A stretch of DNA of 64,000 nt from Octopus sinensis. Its lineage: Eukaryota. The position numbers and the translations under genes were made by a program. The stretch is from NCBI RefSeq assembly GCF_006345805.1, contig NC_043001.1, forward strand, positions 135,222,001-135,286,000, written 5' to 3'. This document shows positions 1 through 14,225 of this stretch, one piece after another. The notes beneath the pieces were generated by a model. The model saw nothing but the letters and a program-made list of their open reading frames with translations. It was not told where the DNA came from and did not search any database. Position 1 is the stretch's first letter, and each line of letters begins with the position of its first letter.

Positions 1-19
1 GTTATATCAATGTTTACAC

Positions 20-917
<898 letters not shown>

Positions 918-949
918 TATCTATCTATCTATCTATATCTATCTATCTA

Positions 950-1000
<51 letters not shown>

Positions 1001-1017
1001 ATCTATCTATCTATCTA

Positions 1018-1064
<47 letters not shown>

Positions 1065-1083
1065 ATCTATCTATCTATCTATC

Positions 1084-1130
<47 letters not shown>
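918..1130. repeat. (CTAT)n/(TA)n microsatellite
   Basis: Direct reading. Confidence 0.95.
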
Positions 1131-1132
<2 letters not shown>

Positions 1133-1205
1133 GTTGTTTGAAAACTGAGGTACTACTGTATATATATCTATATACATATAAAGATATGTATATATATATA
1201 TATAT

Positions 1206-1595
1206 CATCATCATCATCATCATCATCATTTAGCGTCCATTCTCCATGGTAGCATGGGTTGGACGGTTCTACTGGGGTCTGTGAAGCTGGAAGGCTTCAT
1301 CAGGCCCAGTCAGATCTGGCAGTGTTTCTACGGCTGGATACCCTTCCTAACACCAACCACTCCGTGAGTGTAGTGGGTGCTTTTTACGTGTCACCCGCAC
1401 AGGTGCCAGACAGAGCTGGCAAACGGCCACGAACGGATGGTGCTTTTACGTGTCACCGGCACGGGGCCAGGCGAGGCTGGCAAACGGCCACGAAACGGAT
1501 GGTGCTTTTACGTGTCACCGGCACGGGGCCAGGCGAGGCTGGCAAACGGCCACGAAACGGATGGTGCTTTTACGTGTCACCGGCACGGGGGCTAG
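1206..1595 (-). mobile_element. 5'-truncated RTE LINE 3' UTR with (GAT)n tail and ~61-bp internal repeats
   Basis: Reverse complement of the 3' end of the RTE copy at 43020-44541. Confidence 0.85.
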
Positions 1596-1598
1596 GCG

Positions 1599-1633
<35 letters not shown>

Positions 1634-2060
1634 CATGCATTCATTCATTCACATGTATGTACATATACATACACATACAAACATGCACATGTATACACAC
1701 ACACACATGTAAACCCATATTTGCACTCACGTACTCACACGTGCACACAGATGTTTATAGACGCTGCCACCGACGACATCCACAAAGGAAACATTCAGAA
1801 GTGAAATGGAAGAAAGTAAGGAGTTAAGTGGAATGTTTTTTCACAGGGGGATACAGAAAATATAATTTTAGGGGAAAACATCAGAGAATGATGGATAAGG
1901 TGTTATAAGGTTGAAATAGAGACGGCATGTAAAATGGCAAAGGAGTTTCACTGACAATAGAGGAATATTAATTATGCTTAGCAATGGAATAAATAATATG
2001 AGGAACGTAGCGATATTTATTTTGTAAACCTCACAATTCTTTAAAGGAAATGTTATTTAA

Positions 2061-2279
2061 CCCTTTAGTGTTCAGATTATTCTATCAAACATAATGCTTA
2101 TTGATTCCCATTGATTTGAATTAATCATGCATTATCTCATATCTTCAAGATCTTGATGGTGTAATTACTTAATGTAGAATAACATTGTAGGGTAGGTGTG
2201 AGGGCCTGGATCTGGTCAGTTTGAGCATAAAACAGATTAAATATTTTGGCCGGATATGGCCGGTTTAAATACTAAGGGG
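2061..2279. mobile_element. piggyBac-type MITE
   Basis: TTAA|ccctttag ... ctaagggg|TTAA: TTAA target duplication and CCC/GGG termini; partial relatives at ~5619-5760 and ~49244-49375. Confidence 0.75.
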
Positions 2280-2308
2280 TTAAATACACTGTATCTGTTT
2301 GAATTTCT

Positions 2309-2447
2309 GTGTATGCATGTGTGTATGTATGTGTGTGTGTATGTATGTATGTATGTATGTATGTATGTATGTATGTATGTATGTATGTATGTATGTATGT
2401 GTGTATGTATGTGTGTGTGTATGTATGTATGTATGAATGAATGTACG

Positions 2448-2479
<32 letters not shown>

Positions 2480-2575
2480 TGTGTGTATGTATGTGTGTGT
2501 GTATGTATGTATGTATTTATGTATGTATGTATGTATGTATGTATGTATGTATGTATGTATGTATGTATATGTGCA
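2309..2575. repeat. (TATG)n microsatellite
   Basis: Direct reading. Confidence 0.97.
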
Positions 2576-2639
2576 TGCATTTGGGTATGTGTATTGTGTG
2601 TGTATACATATATATATGTTTGTTTGTGTGTGTACCCTT

Positions 2640-2845
2640 GTGGGTAGTAAAGAAATAGGTATTTTGTCTGTCATTACGTTCTGAGTTCAAATTCCGTCGA
2701 GGTTGACTTTGCCTTTCATCCTTTCGGGGTCAATAAATAAAGAATCCAGTTTCGCACTGGGGTCGATGTAATCGACTTAATAATCCCTTTGTCTGTCCTT
2801 GTTTGTCCCCTCTATGTTTAGCCCCTTGTGGGCAGCAAAGAAATA
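2640..2845 (+). mobile_element. SINE family B, headless copy
   Basis: Central gaggttgactttgcctttcatcctttcggggtc and tail tttagccccttgtgggcagcaaagaaata. Confidence 0.85.
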
Positions 2846-3124
2846 TATATTATGTAATCTTTTATGGGGGCACCAAAATCTTTTAAGTGCTTTGGGCCCT
2901 GATGTGTCTTAACCCAGCCCTGGTTGCACATACTGGTGCACAACTGTGACGGAACTAACTTAACACAGAAAAGTAATTGTTAACACAGAGGTCAAACTGC
3001 TGAAACAGAATAGCATTTTTGAAATAAAAGAGAAAAAAATCACCTGCTGATGAGATAAGGTATTGATTCAGTTGGCTTACTTTAGCAGTTTGTGAATGGA
3101 GAAGACAGGTACAGCAAGCACCTG

Positions 3125-3165
<41 letters not shown>

Positions 3166-3541
3166 TGGAGGAGAGGGAATGTCAAGGTGAAGGAATAAAA
3201 TGAAACTGTTTATTAGGAAGGTAACTACAACTGCAGGCTGACACTGATGATACCTGAGTAAGTCAACAATTATAAAAGCATCTGTGAAGGATGTAACGGG
3301 ATATTACTGTAAAATATAACAATGAACCAGTTGAATCATTGACATTTGCTGGGATTAGAAGTCTTGTCTGATACAGTCTCTCTTTGTCTGTCTGTCTCTC
3401 CATTTCTCTCTTCCCCTCTCCCTTACTTTCTCTTCCTCTGTCTACGATAATGTATATTGTTATGTGATAAGTATCTTCATGTTATTATTACTATTGCTAG
3501 TATGTATTTTTTAAATTTATTTATTTATTCATAGGTGCAGG

Positions 3542-3819
3542 CAGTGGCGGACTGGCCAGGTTGCCAGCTTGCCCGATGGCAAGTGGGCCCCTGCACTCAT
3601 ATATGAATCCATATATGGAGGCCCATGTTAGTATCTAAGGGGCCCATCCCCTCAAGATTGAGAATTTTTTTATTCATTCCTGCAAGAATGCATTATTTCA
3701 GCCTGGCTGTGTTTGTAGACAGTTGAAAAGAATACTTTTAACAAATAATTAAATGATAGCATTGTAGTTGTGGGTGGACCCCTTGTAGTAGCAATATTTT
3801 TAGACCCAGTCCGTCACTG
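3542..3819. mobile_element. hAT MITE inserted into a SINE head
   Basis: TIRs cagtggcggactgg / ccagtccgtcactg; perfect 8-bp TSD ggtgcagg (3534-3541, 3820-3827). Confidence 0.92.
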
Positions 3820-4245
3820 GGTGCAGGCATGACTGTGTGGTAAGAAGCTTGCTTCCCGACCACATGGTTCTGGGTTCAGTCCCATTGTTTAGTACCTTGG
3901 GCAAGTGTCTTCTACTATAGCTTTGGGCTGACCAAAGTCTTCATCTACCAAATCCAAGGGTGGATTTGGTTGATGGAGACTGAAATAAGCCTATCATATG
4001 TGTGTGTGTATGTGTGTGTGTGTGTGTGTCTTCGTGTCTGTGTTTGTCCCCCCCCCATCACTACTTGACAACTGGTGTTGGTGTGTTTACATCCCCATAG
4101 CTTAGTGGTTTCACAAAAGAGACTGATAGAATAAGTGCTAGTCTTTGAAGAAATAAGTCTTGGGTCAATTTATTTGACTAAAACTCTTCAAGGTGGTGCT
4201 CCAGCATGGCCACAGTCAAATGACTGAAACAAGTAAAAGAATTTA
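3820..4245 (+). mobile_element. tRNA-derived SINE family A
   Basis: Head gactgtgtggtaagaagcttgcttccc, core ccttgggcaagtgtct, internal (TG)n, tail gactgaaacaagtaaaaga. Confidence 0.9.
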
Positions 4246-4661
4246 AAAAATAAAAGAATTGAATGTTGGTGTTGGTGTTGTTGTTGTTTAACTCTACACT
4301 AGTTCTACTGAGCTGACATATAGTCAAAAGCATTCCTGTGCTGGCCATCCTGACTTTACTTCAACTTTTCAGTCATTGGACCACATTATCTAATGTGTCT
4401 TCCCTCCTAATTTTTTCAGAGAGAAATGTGATGATTTTTAGGGAGATTTAGTTACTATTTCTAGCAGATAGTTTACTTCTGTTTCTCAGGCCTCTGTTGG
4501 ATGGGGTTGATCATGCATTTGCATCTGTACAGGCAGGTCTGCACAAGGTTCTTTTGTGGAAGACTAGCAGTGTTTATGCCTCTCCTCTTCATGCCACTGA
4601 CGATGTTTAAGAGAAGGCAAGGTAGGAGCTGATGTGGAATAGCATCTGTCTCATCACAGGC

Positions 4662-4810
4662 ATCATCATCATCATCATTTAACATAAGTTTTCCATGCTG
4701 GCTTGGGTTAGATGGTTTCACTGGAACTGGTAAACTGGAGGGCCACACCAGGTTCCAGTCTGATTTTGGCTTGGTTTCTATGGCTGGATGCCCTTCCTAA
4801 TGCCAACCAC
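4662..4810 (-). mobile_element. RTE 3'-tail fragment
   Basis: (CAT)n followed by ccatgctggcttgggtt ... gctggatgcccttcctaatgccaacc. Confidence 0.8.
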
Positions 4811-5967
4811 TTCAAGGGTGTAATGGGTAATGCCCCACTACTTGACAACTGATGTTGGTTTGTTTGCATCCCCATAACATAGCAGTTTGGCAAAAGAATG
4901 ATGTAATAAGCACCAGACTTAAACAAATAAGTACTATGATCAATTTATTTCACTAAACTCTTTAAAGCAATGCTCCGGCATGTCTGCAGTCCAAAGAGAG
5001 AAACAGTGAATAAATGGATGAGAAAATGAAAGATTTCAACTCAGAATGACCTCTTGTCAGAGAAATACTCCATTGCAAAAGGTGAAAAAGAAATGTAATT
5101 ACTCAGAGAACTGAACACATAAATAAATAAAACTTTTTATTGTTACTCAGCTAACTTGCTGGAGTCGATAAGAGAAGTATAAATATTATCCTGAAATCAA
5201 TTAAATGATTGCAACTAAAGTTCTACAAAAAAATCTTAGCATTTCTTCCTTTATCTATACTCTTTACTCTTTTACTCTTTTACTTGTTTCAGTCATTTGA
5301 ATGTAGTCATGCAGGAGCACCGCCTTTAGTCGAGCAAATCGACCCCATGATTTATTCTTTGTAAGCCTATTACTTATTCTATCGGTCTCTTTTAAAGTCT
5401 CTAATAAATCTCTTTTTAGATGGATCTATACAAAAAAAATGATACCTCTCCTAATATAGAAACGTTTTTCCATGAATGAAAAGCCCAAATGGAGACAATG
5501 GTGTTAAATAAACTGAAACCTTGCTAAAGGGAAACTGCAAAATGAGGAGACCCATGTAAATCGAGGGACAACTGTCCTTAAATTTTCAGACCCAACCAAC
5601 CTGCATGGAATAAAAAAGTTTAACCCTTTTGCATTCAGATTACTCTATCGAATGTAATGCTTATTTGTCCACATTGTTTTAAACTGATCATGCATTGTAT
5701 CATAATTATCAAGATTCCAATGATGTGATTGTTTATTTTTCAAATGATATTGTAGGGTAGGTAGCTAGAAATAGCTGCCAAGTGTCCCCTCAAATTATAT
5801 CCAACCTTCTTGAAGAATGATAGTGCTGTGCAGAATAAACCATTCCTAAAAAGAAGACTGGATGGTCATGACTGGTATGCTTTTCATTGCAGGTTTTCCC
5901 AAGGAAAGTTGACTTGGGGCTAAACAACAAAAATGATACATGGTCATTCCGTCTGCTAGAAACACTA

Positions 5968-6479
5968 CCATAAATCCTCGAGTATAGCCTGCCCTTGAGT
6001 ATAATACGCAGGGGATTTTTAGAGGGCTGTACCTCTGAAAAACCTAAACCTTGTGCATAATACGAACCCCTTCTCTGACTTGAGTCAAGGAGGTCTATAT
6101 AACATCCTTGGTTTGTAAAAATGTATACGGTAATGTCCTTTATTATTATTGTATATATAACCTAATGCAAACGTGTAGCTTTTTTGTGCATTTTGTTTGC
6201 AGAAAATAAAGAAATAACAGTAATAACATTTAATAAATGTTGCTTACTGCAAGTTATGGATGATTCTTTTATGACTTCATTGCTTTCAGGCTTAGCCTAA
6301 GGTATTTTCGCGCCCAACATCACAAAATGCGTCTGAATAAACATTGCCGGACAGCAAATAGAGACTCGGACATTGCTTAGAAAATAATTTTCATTTTTAA
6401 CCTCGTATATAGTACGCACTAGGGATTTTGACCTTTAAATTTTTGAAAAAAAATGCAGATTATACTCGAGGATTTATGG
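5968..6479. mobile_element. pogo/Tc1-mariner-superfamily MITE
   Basis: Perfect 19-bp TIR ccataaatcctcgagtata / tatactcgaggatttatgg with TA TSDs. Confidence 0.9.
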
Positions 6480-7279
6480 TAATCAAAGTCTTAAGCGTGG
6501 AAGAACACATTGGACACTGAAGCTTTAGATATACAAAAAGACAGGACGCTATGATTGTAATGTCTGCAATCATATATCAGCTCCATTTGGACTAATCTGG
6601 GTCTAAACAACAGCCATTGAAAAATAACTAACAAAATAAATAAATAAACAATTAGATTCTTCGTTTCCAGAGTAGATGGTGATGGAGAAGCTACAAAACA
6701 ATATTTCTTGAGAATTTCTGTATTCTCTTAGTAGCTGAACCAATAAAGAATATATAAATTTTAAAAAAACAATGCAATCAATAATGAAGACGACATTGGT
6801 TATAGATGACAAATGAAATAAGAGAATCTAATAATCAAATAATGTAATCTACTTTAGAAAAATAGTTTTTTCCCCCTGGTGGTTGTTGATGGTGTTACAA
6901 TGAGCCAGGAGTGACAACTCAGGTGTTTTGCAATTTCTTTATAACACTCACACTGCACTTCACAAATAGATAGCTTGGAAATTAACTTTTTCAACAAACA
7001 GATAATTAGTACTACTAATTGATGCACTTGTAAGGTGTTAATGATTTGGTTTTAATTTTTGTTCCCAAATGAGCATTCCAATAATCTGTTTCTTTTATTA
7101 TCTTTTTTTTTTGTTTTTTGTTTTGCTAATTGATTTTCCACAAACGTTGTTTGAATTAGCAACTCAGTGTGTGATTATAGGTACCGCTTAACTAAATTTT
7201 CTAACCAAATCATTTTTAACAATAATAAGTTTATCACACACACATAAGAAAGTTCAGATTGTATATGTGTATGTTTGTG

Positions 7280-7835
7280 CATACATACATACATACATAC
7301 ATACATACATACATACATACATACATACACACATATATACATACATACACACATATATACATACATACATACATACATACATACACACATATATACATAC
7401 ATACATACACACATATATACATACATACATACACACATATATACATACATACATACATACATACACATACATACATACATACATACATACATGCATGCAT
7501 GCATGCATGCATGCATGCATACATACATACATACATACATACATACATACACACATATATACATACATACATACACACATATATACATACATACATCATA
7601 CACACATATATACATACATACATAGACACATATATACATACATACATACATACACACATATATACATACATACATACATACACACATATATACATACATA
7701 CACACATATATACATACATACATACATACACACATATATACATACATACACACATACATACATACATACATACATACATACATACATACATACATACATA
7801 CATACATACATACATACATACATACATACATACAC
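7280..7835. repeat. (CATA)n compound microsatellite
   Basis: Direct reading. Confidence 0.97.
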
Positions 7836-8405
7836 ATGTGTATGCTTATATGTGTGTCTGCATGTATGTCTGTATGAGGATAAGTAATTAAAGTACAACT
7901 GTTCATTTAAGCAAAAGGTCTGTTAAAGTAGGTGCGTTAATCAGTTTGAGTCATTTGTTTTCTCCAATTAATTAGTATTAAGAAGAAGCATAATAGATAA
8001 TGCATTTCAGGAAAGAGTAACTGAGCTTTCAGACATACAGGTAGCCATCTTCAGAGAAGGGATATTAAATTAAGGTTAAGGTCATTATTATATATTGCAG
8101 AGAAGTATCAAAAAGCAAGAGATAATGTTCAAATGCAGGCATAGGAATAAATTTATTGCATCTATCAACCAGCTAAAATAACAGTCAGAAATTAGGTTAG
8201 TAGTTGTAGTTCTGGTGGTGGTGGTAGTGGTACCAGTAGCAATTGAGGTGGGTGGTAGCGCAGATGATAGTGGTAAGAATAGTATTAGTAGTATTGGGAG
8301 TAGTAGTAGCAGTGGTGGTGGCGATGGCAATAATATAGTTGTAGTGGTGATAGTGGTAGTGATGGTCATAGTAGTAGTAGCCACTGTAGGGTTAGTGGTG
8401 CTGGT

Positions 8406-8430
8406 ATTATTATTATTATTATTATTATTA

Positions 8431-8494
<64 letters not shown>
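8406..8494. repeat. (ATT)n microsatellite at the 3' end of an R4/Dong-type LINE
   Basis: Direct reading. Confidence 0.95.
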
Positions 8495-8497
<3 letters not shown>

Positions 8498-9410
8498 TAG
8501 CCTTATTTTTATCATGTCCTTTCACTCCACTACTGAGCACAGCTCTGTGTGCCTTGGGTATGTGCTGTAGTCTGTTGTGATGCTCTTACTTTTACTGTAA
8601 TTAAAGTGTTTTACGTAGGATATGTGCAGTGCCTAGTAGTACTATTTTCTGTATGTTATATATACTTGTTAGTCCTGGTGTTTTTGTAATGTATTAGTCT
8701 GAATATTTTTTTTATCATACCTAATGCACCTACTGTGATAAGAATTGTTTCTGTTTTTAGACTCTACATTCGAGTTACCTCTGTTTCCAGATCTTTGTAT
8801 TTTGAAAAGTTCTGTTTCTTTTAGAGAAACCTTGTCATCTATTGGTATTGATACATCGATTAGAAAGCATTTTTTCCTTGGTGATCTCTGACAACTATAT
8901 GAGGCTTATTGGCCTTAATTTCTCTATGTGTGTATTGGAATATCTTATAGTATGGTTGCTTTCTCATTTTCTGTGACCTTTTCTGGTGTGTGCCTATACC
9001 ATCTTTTTTCTGTTGTTATTCCATAGTGTTGGCATAGCTACCAGTGTATGTAGGTCCCAACTCTGTGAATATATTCCCTCTTAGCCAGGACTGGGCAGCC
9101 AGAGACAATATGATTTATTGTTTCTTCTCCATCACCACATATTCTGCAGTTACTTGTATTTCTTTTCATTACATGTTTTTGGTAATTTCTGGTGGGACGG
9201 CTTTCATCCTTGTACTGCAATTAAAAATCCTTCAATCTCTGCTTTGAGTCCTGAGCTTCTCAGCCATTGCTGAGTGGTAGTAATGGTGCAAAGGATGATA
9301 GAATACTTTCTGACCCCAAAATAGGATATTTGTCTATGACCTTCTAGAATCTATGTTCAAATCCTCCTGAGGTTGATTCTTGCTTTCCATCTTTCCTGGG
9401 TCCATAAAAA
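8495..9410 (-). pseudogene. R4/Dong-type (restriction-like endonuclease) LINE, decayed 3' part
   Basis: CCHC knuckle CRICGDGEETINHIVSGCPVLAKREY, C-terminus IQKIVLLGTAHILRKTL*, ends in (TAA)n. Confidence 0.85.
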
Positions 9411-9606
9411 TACTGGCATTAAATATAGTCAACGATATTACTCAGATGACAGGGAATGGTTTGAGGGAAATTTAGCTGCTACTTTTAGTGGGTTAAGCAA
9501 CTACATAGAGGTTCTCTTGTTGCTCCAGTATTGGTTGCTGTTAAGGAAGTGTATAGGTGGTGGAGGTGGAGTTTGTATATGTGAGGGATGTAAATGATTG
9601 TTGCAG

Positions 9607-9810
9607 AACCACCACCACCACCGCCACCACTGTCACCACCACCACCACCACTGTTACCACCTCTGTTGGTGCTTCTGTGCAGATTCTGCTGTTGCTGCAG
9701 TCTCTACTGCCTCTGCTGCTGCCTCTACCAAGTCCACTGCCTCTGCTGCCACCGCCACCATCACCACTGCTGCTGCTGCTACTACTACTACTACTACTAC
9801 GACTACTACG

Positions 9811-9873
<63 letters not shown>

Positions 9874-9918
9874 GCCGCCGCTGCCACCACCACTACCACT
9901 ACCACTACTACTACTATT
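9607..9918. repeat. Mixed (CCA/CTG/CTA)n trinucleotide low-complexity tract
   Basis: Direct reading. Confidence 0.9.
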
Positions 9919-10584
9919 AATGTTGTTGTTGCAGTTTTGTGTATCACAGCTCAAAGGTCTGCCTTTTAATTTTTTTTTTTGTTAATTACATTTGCCAATT
10001 GATTAACGCAGATAAAAAAATCAATGAAAACAAAGAAAGGAAACAAGAAATTAAACAAAAAAAGGAAAATCAATAGAAAGAAACTAAAATAAAGATACAG
10101 AGCAAGCAAGCCAAACGTTATTAGTTTGTATCTGAGCGGTTTGTCTTGTGCTCTGCTGTGTTTATGATATTAGAGAAGAAAAGGAGTTTCAAATAAACGA
10201 CGATATTATTGAAGTACAAACTTAATGGACACGTAGGGGGACCAATATTAACATTTGTTGACATCTAGCATCAATGGACACACAGACACACACACAGACA
10301 ACAAGAAAAAGAAAAACATTTGCCGACACTCGGCATCAAATATTGAAACAAACAGACAAGGGAATCTGATACTTAAATAAACAAATGAATGTTTTCAGAA
10401 TGAGAAATTTAGAGAGAAAACTAAAATATTTTGTCTAGAATATTGGTGATGGTGGTGGGGGTGGGGGGACACACACACATAAACATGAGTCTATATAATT
10501 GGTAACTGCAATTCTTAAAGAATGAATGAACTGGTACATAAGTAAATATTCGTTTTTTTTCTTTAGTTTAATCAATCTTGTGCT

Positions 10585-10963
10585 GTGGAGGCGCAATGGC
10601 CCAGTGGTTAGGGCAGCGGACTCGTGGTCGTAGGATCGCGGTTTCGATTCCCAGACCAAACGTTGTGAGTATTTATTGAGCAAAAACACCTAAAAGCTCC
10701 ACGAGGCTCCAGCAGGGGATGGTGGTGATCCCTGCTGTACTCTTTCACCACAACTTTCTCTCACTCTTTCTTCTGTTGTACCTGTATTTCAAAGGGCCGG
10801 CCTTGTCACTCGCTGTGTCACGCTGAATATCCCCGAGAACTACGTTAAGGGTACACGTGTCTGTGGAGTGCTCAGCCACTTACACATTAATTTCACGAGC
10901 AGGCTGTTCCGTTGATTCGGATCAACCGGAACCTTCGTCGTCGTAACTGACGGAGTGCTTCCA
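10585..10963 (+). mobile_element. tRNA-derived SINE family C, tail type 1
   Basis: A box TGGCCCAGTGG, B box GGTTTCGATTCC; tail differs from copies at 31215 and 33884. Confidence 0.88.
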
Positions 10964-10995
10964 CTTGTGCTGTAGGAACACAAACACACACACAG

Positions 10996-11033
<38 letters not shown>

Positions 11034-11045
11034 ATGAACATTTTG

Positions 11046-11280
11046 AAGGCGGCGAGCTGGCAGAAACGTTAGCATGCCGGGCGAAATGCATAGCTGTATT
11101 TCGTCTGCCGTTACGTTCTGAGTTCAAATTCCGCCGAGGTCAACTTTACCTTTCATCTTTTCAGGCTCGATAAATAAAGTACCAGTTTCGCACTGGGGGT
11201 CGATGTAATCGACTTAATCCGTTTGTCTGTCCTTGTTTGTCCCCTCTCTGTGTTTAGCCCCTTGTGGGCAGTAAAGAAAA
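11046..11280 (+). mobile_element. SINE family B, full length
   Basis: Head ggcggcgagctggcagaaacgttagc, central cctttcatc...gataaat, tail gcagtaaagaaa. Confidence 0.9.
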
Positions 11281-12318
11281 GACATACATATGAACATGCA
11301 TGCATGCATGGTGGCTGTCAACTTGAAGACAAGTATGACTCTCACCGACAAATTATCTTCTCCAAGATATGAAAGACGATGGCTCCCAGCAATGCTCATG
11401 CTGAAATTTAAAATTAATCACAGCTTGAATAACATGGCTAAGACTCTAACCTACAATGCCAAGTAGTTCAGAATCAAGGAAAAGCCAGATCTCTGGTTTT
11501 GTAATAAGGTAGGTGCTTATTTTGGAATTTCCTTCTCCAAGTGAGATGTCTAAACGAAGACTAAAGGTTTTCCATTCCAAGCTGTTTGATGGCTGTTGCT
11601 GCAACTGTTTTTTTTTGCATCCATTGGCAGGTTTTATTCTTTGTTCTGCAGGTTTCCCATTGAAACCACCCCTTCTTACCCAAGCAGAAAGGCAGAAAAG
11701 AAGTAGAATAGATGAAGGAGGGGCAGAAAGAGTTTGGAAAGATAATTAATCCTGCATGACACCAACGGTCTGATCCAGTGATTCCCACTGGTGGGGCCTG
11801 GGAAAATTATGCTGGAGCATGGGATCCAAATTTTGTTTCTTTCTTTTTAGTGGGACATGGAATTGTGAAATTTTTTTTCTTAGTCGATAATGTACTTTTT
11901 TTTGTACTTAATAAAAGAGTTACCTGTAGATTCTTTTCTATTAAATAATTGTGAGAAAATATTAAAAATTTTTCTGGAAAGTTACAGTGGGATCTGAGAG
12001 AAATTAGGTTGGAAAATACTGGTTTAATTCATCAACACAGGCTGTATCTAGTATAGTCGTCTAACATGCATTAAATTGCTAAGTGATTAGTTTTAACACT
12101 TTTTTATTTTGAAGTTTCTAAGGAAATTCTAAGTCACTTCAGATGTAAACATGTTGCTTACACATTGGAAGTTAAGTTTTCTTTTGAAATGAGATATTTA
12201 GATAAGTTCTTCCAATAAAACAATTAATCATACTCATTTACATACGCCTACATTCCTACATGTGGACCTAGCTAAGATATTCCATTCAAATAAACTGACC
12301 TTGCAGCTGGTTCACATA

Positions 12319-12556
12319 CACATTCACACATAATTGTACATATGTGTATATATACCTAATACTCACATCCTTGTGAGTCAGTCCACTCATTTACACATGC
12401 ACACATAATTGTACATATGTGTATATATACATAATACTCACATCCTTGTGAGTCAGTCCACTCATTTACACATTCACACATAATTGTACATATGTGTATA
12501 TATACACAATACTCACATCCTTGTGAGTCAGTCCACTCATTTACACATGCACACAT
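12319..12556. repeat. 75-bp minisatellite, ~3 copies
   Basis: taattgtacatatg recurs at 12331, 12406 and 12481. Confidence 0.92.
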
Positions 12557-13023
12557 ACACACACACACACAAAATCCCCAAAAGAGACATGACTCTATCT
12601 GATACAACCTATATTGGTAGATTAGACTGTCAGTGTGACATGGGACATTCCTCTACTTTGCTTCATTGTAACTGCCTACTTAGGGCTGTCTTCAAAGAGT
12701 GTTTCTCCCTTTCGACGAGATTGAAAAATCAATCAGCTTATTGCTTTTTGCAACACTCAGAAGAGTTGTTTCCAACATGAGTAGTCATAGGAATTTTCCA
12801 CTCTACATGGCAATAATCCAGTAGATGTTGATATGGTAATGGCATGATGCAAGCTTGGTTTAATTGTAGCTAATAAAACAATTGTAAACTAAGCAATGAA
12901 TGTAGTTTGCTCAATCCAGTCTCTGATACTTTTTAACACACACACACCCACACATGTGCACACCCACACAAATATGGGTGGCTATAAACCTTTTGCTCTC
13001 TCTCCAAATACATATATATATAT

Positions 13024-13240
13024 ATCATCATCATCATCATCATCATTATCATCACCGTTTAATGTCCGTTTTCCGCGCTAGCACAGGTTGGATGGTTCGA
13101 CCGGGGTCTGGGAAGCCAGGGGCTGCACCAGGCTCCAGTCTGATCTGGCAATGTTTCTACAGCTGGATGCCCTTCCTAACGCCAACCACTCCGCGATTGT
13201 AGTGGGTGCTTTTTATGTGCCGCCGGCACAGGTACCAGGG
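13024..13240 (-). mobile_element. RTE 3'-tail fragment
   Basis: (CAT)n plus tail motif shared with the 44-kb RTE. Confidence 0.85.
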
Positions 13241-13242
13241 GA

Positions 13243-13323
<81 letters not shown>

Positions 13324-13338
13324 ATATATAATATATAT

Positions 13339-13380
<42 letters not shown>

Positions 13381-13394
13381 TATACATATATATA

Positions 13395-13546
13395 GGAGTG
13401 GCTACGTGGTAAGAAGCTTGCTTCCCAACCACATGGTTCTGGGTTCAGTCCCACTGTGTGACATCTTGGGCAAGTGTCTTCTACTATAGCCTACTGAAAG
13501 CCTTGTGAGTGGATTTGGTAGATGGAAACTGAAAAGCCCATTGTGT

Positions 13547-13584
<38 letters not shown>

Positions 13585-13781
13585 TTGTATGTCTGTGTTT
13601 GTCTCCCCACCATTGCTTAACAACCATTGTTGGTGTGTTTGTGTCCCCTTAGCAGTTTGGCAAAAGAGACTGAAAAAATAAGTACTTGGCTTACAAAGAA
13701 TAAGTTCTGGGGTTGATTTGTTTGACTAAAGGTGGTGCTCCAGCATGGCCGCAGCCAAATGGCTGAAACAAGTAAAAGAAT
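13395..13781 (+). mobile_element. SINE family A, full length
   Basis: Head, core and gtaaaaga tail present. Confidence 0.9.
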
Positions 13782-13790
13782 ATATATATA

Positions 13791-14181
13791 CTAGCAGTAT
13801 CACTCGGCGTTGCTCGGGTTTGTTTTGAACCTTTGGAATTGGAATTTTTGAAAAGTAAAAATTTTGCATTATGTAGCTTGTTATTCTCTTTAAGTGAACA
13901 TTTTTCTGGTTGAAATACACCGAAAAATGGCGACACAGCAGTCAAAAAATCGTAAAAAATAGGTATTTTCATAGAAAAGAAGCACCTTTTTGATGTAAAT
14001 AATTTTTGGTGTTAACATGGTCCGATTTGAATTTTTTCTTCTATGGAAGGAAGAGCACGCCTTCTTCTATCATACTCTCAATTTTGGTTAACTTGCGCCA
14101 CAGGGTCTCAGAGGAAATAGTGTTAGTTGAAGGCTACCAAACCTGCCATATACAAAAAAAATTCAGCTTTATATATATAGA
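13791..14181 (-). mobile_element. Non-autonomous Helitron
   Basis: On the minus strand: A|TC start, 3' hairpin cccgagcaacgccgag, CTAG|T end. Confidence 0.8.
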
Positions 14182-14182
14182 T

Positions 14183-14225
<43 letters not shown>

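Noticed and set aside
3083-3123. 41-nt minus-strand candidate exon (cag|...|gtaag)
   Set aside because: Neither open frame (VLAVPVFSIHKLL or ACCTCLLHSQTAK) is recognisable and no partner exon was found.
10135-10235. Candidate host exons here and at ~50900-51070, ~51330-51470 and ~57200-57260
   Set aside because: Short open frames with plausible splice-like sites but no recognisable homology or consistent gene model; they need RNA-seq or BLASTx.
10585-10660. tRNA genes at SINE heads (also 26465, 31215, 31549, 33884, 60575)
   Set aside because: A and B boxes are present but no acceptor stem closes and each runs into a SINE body.
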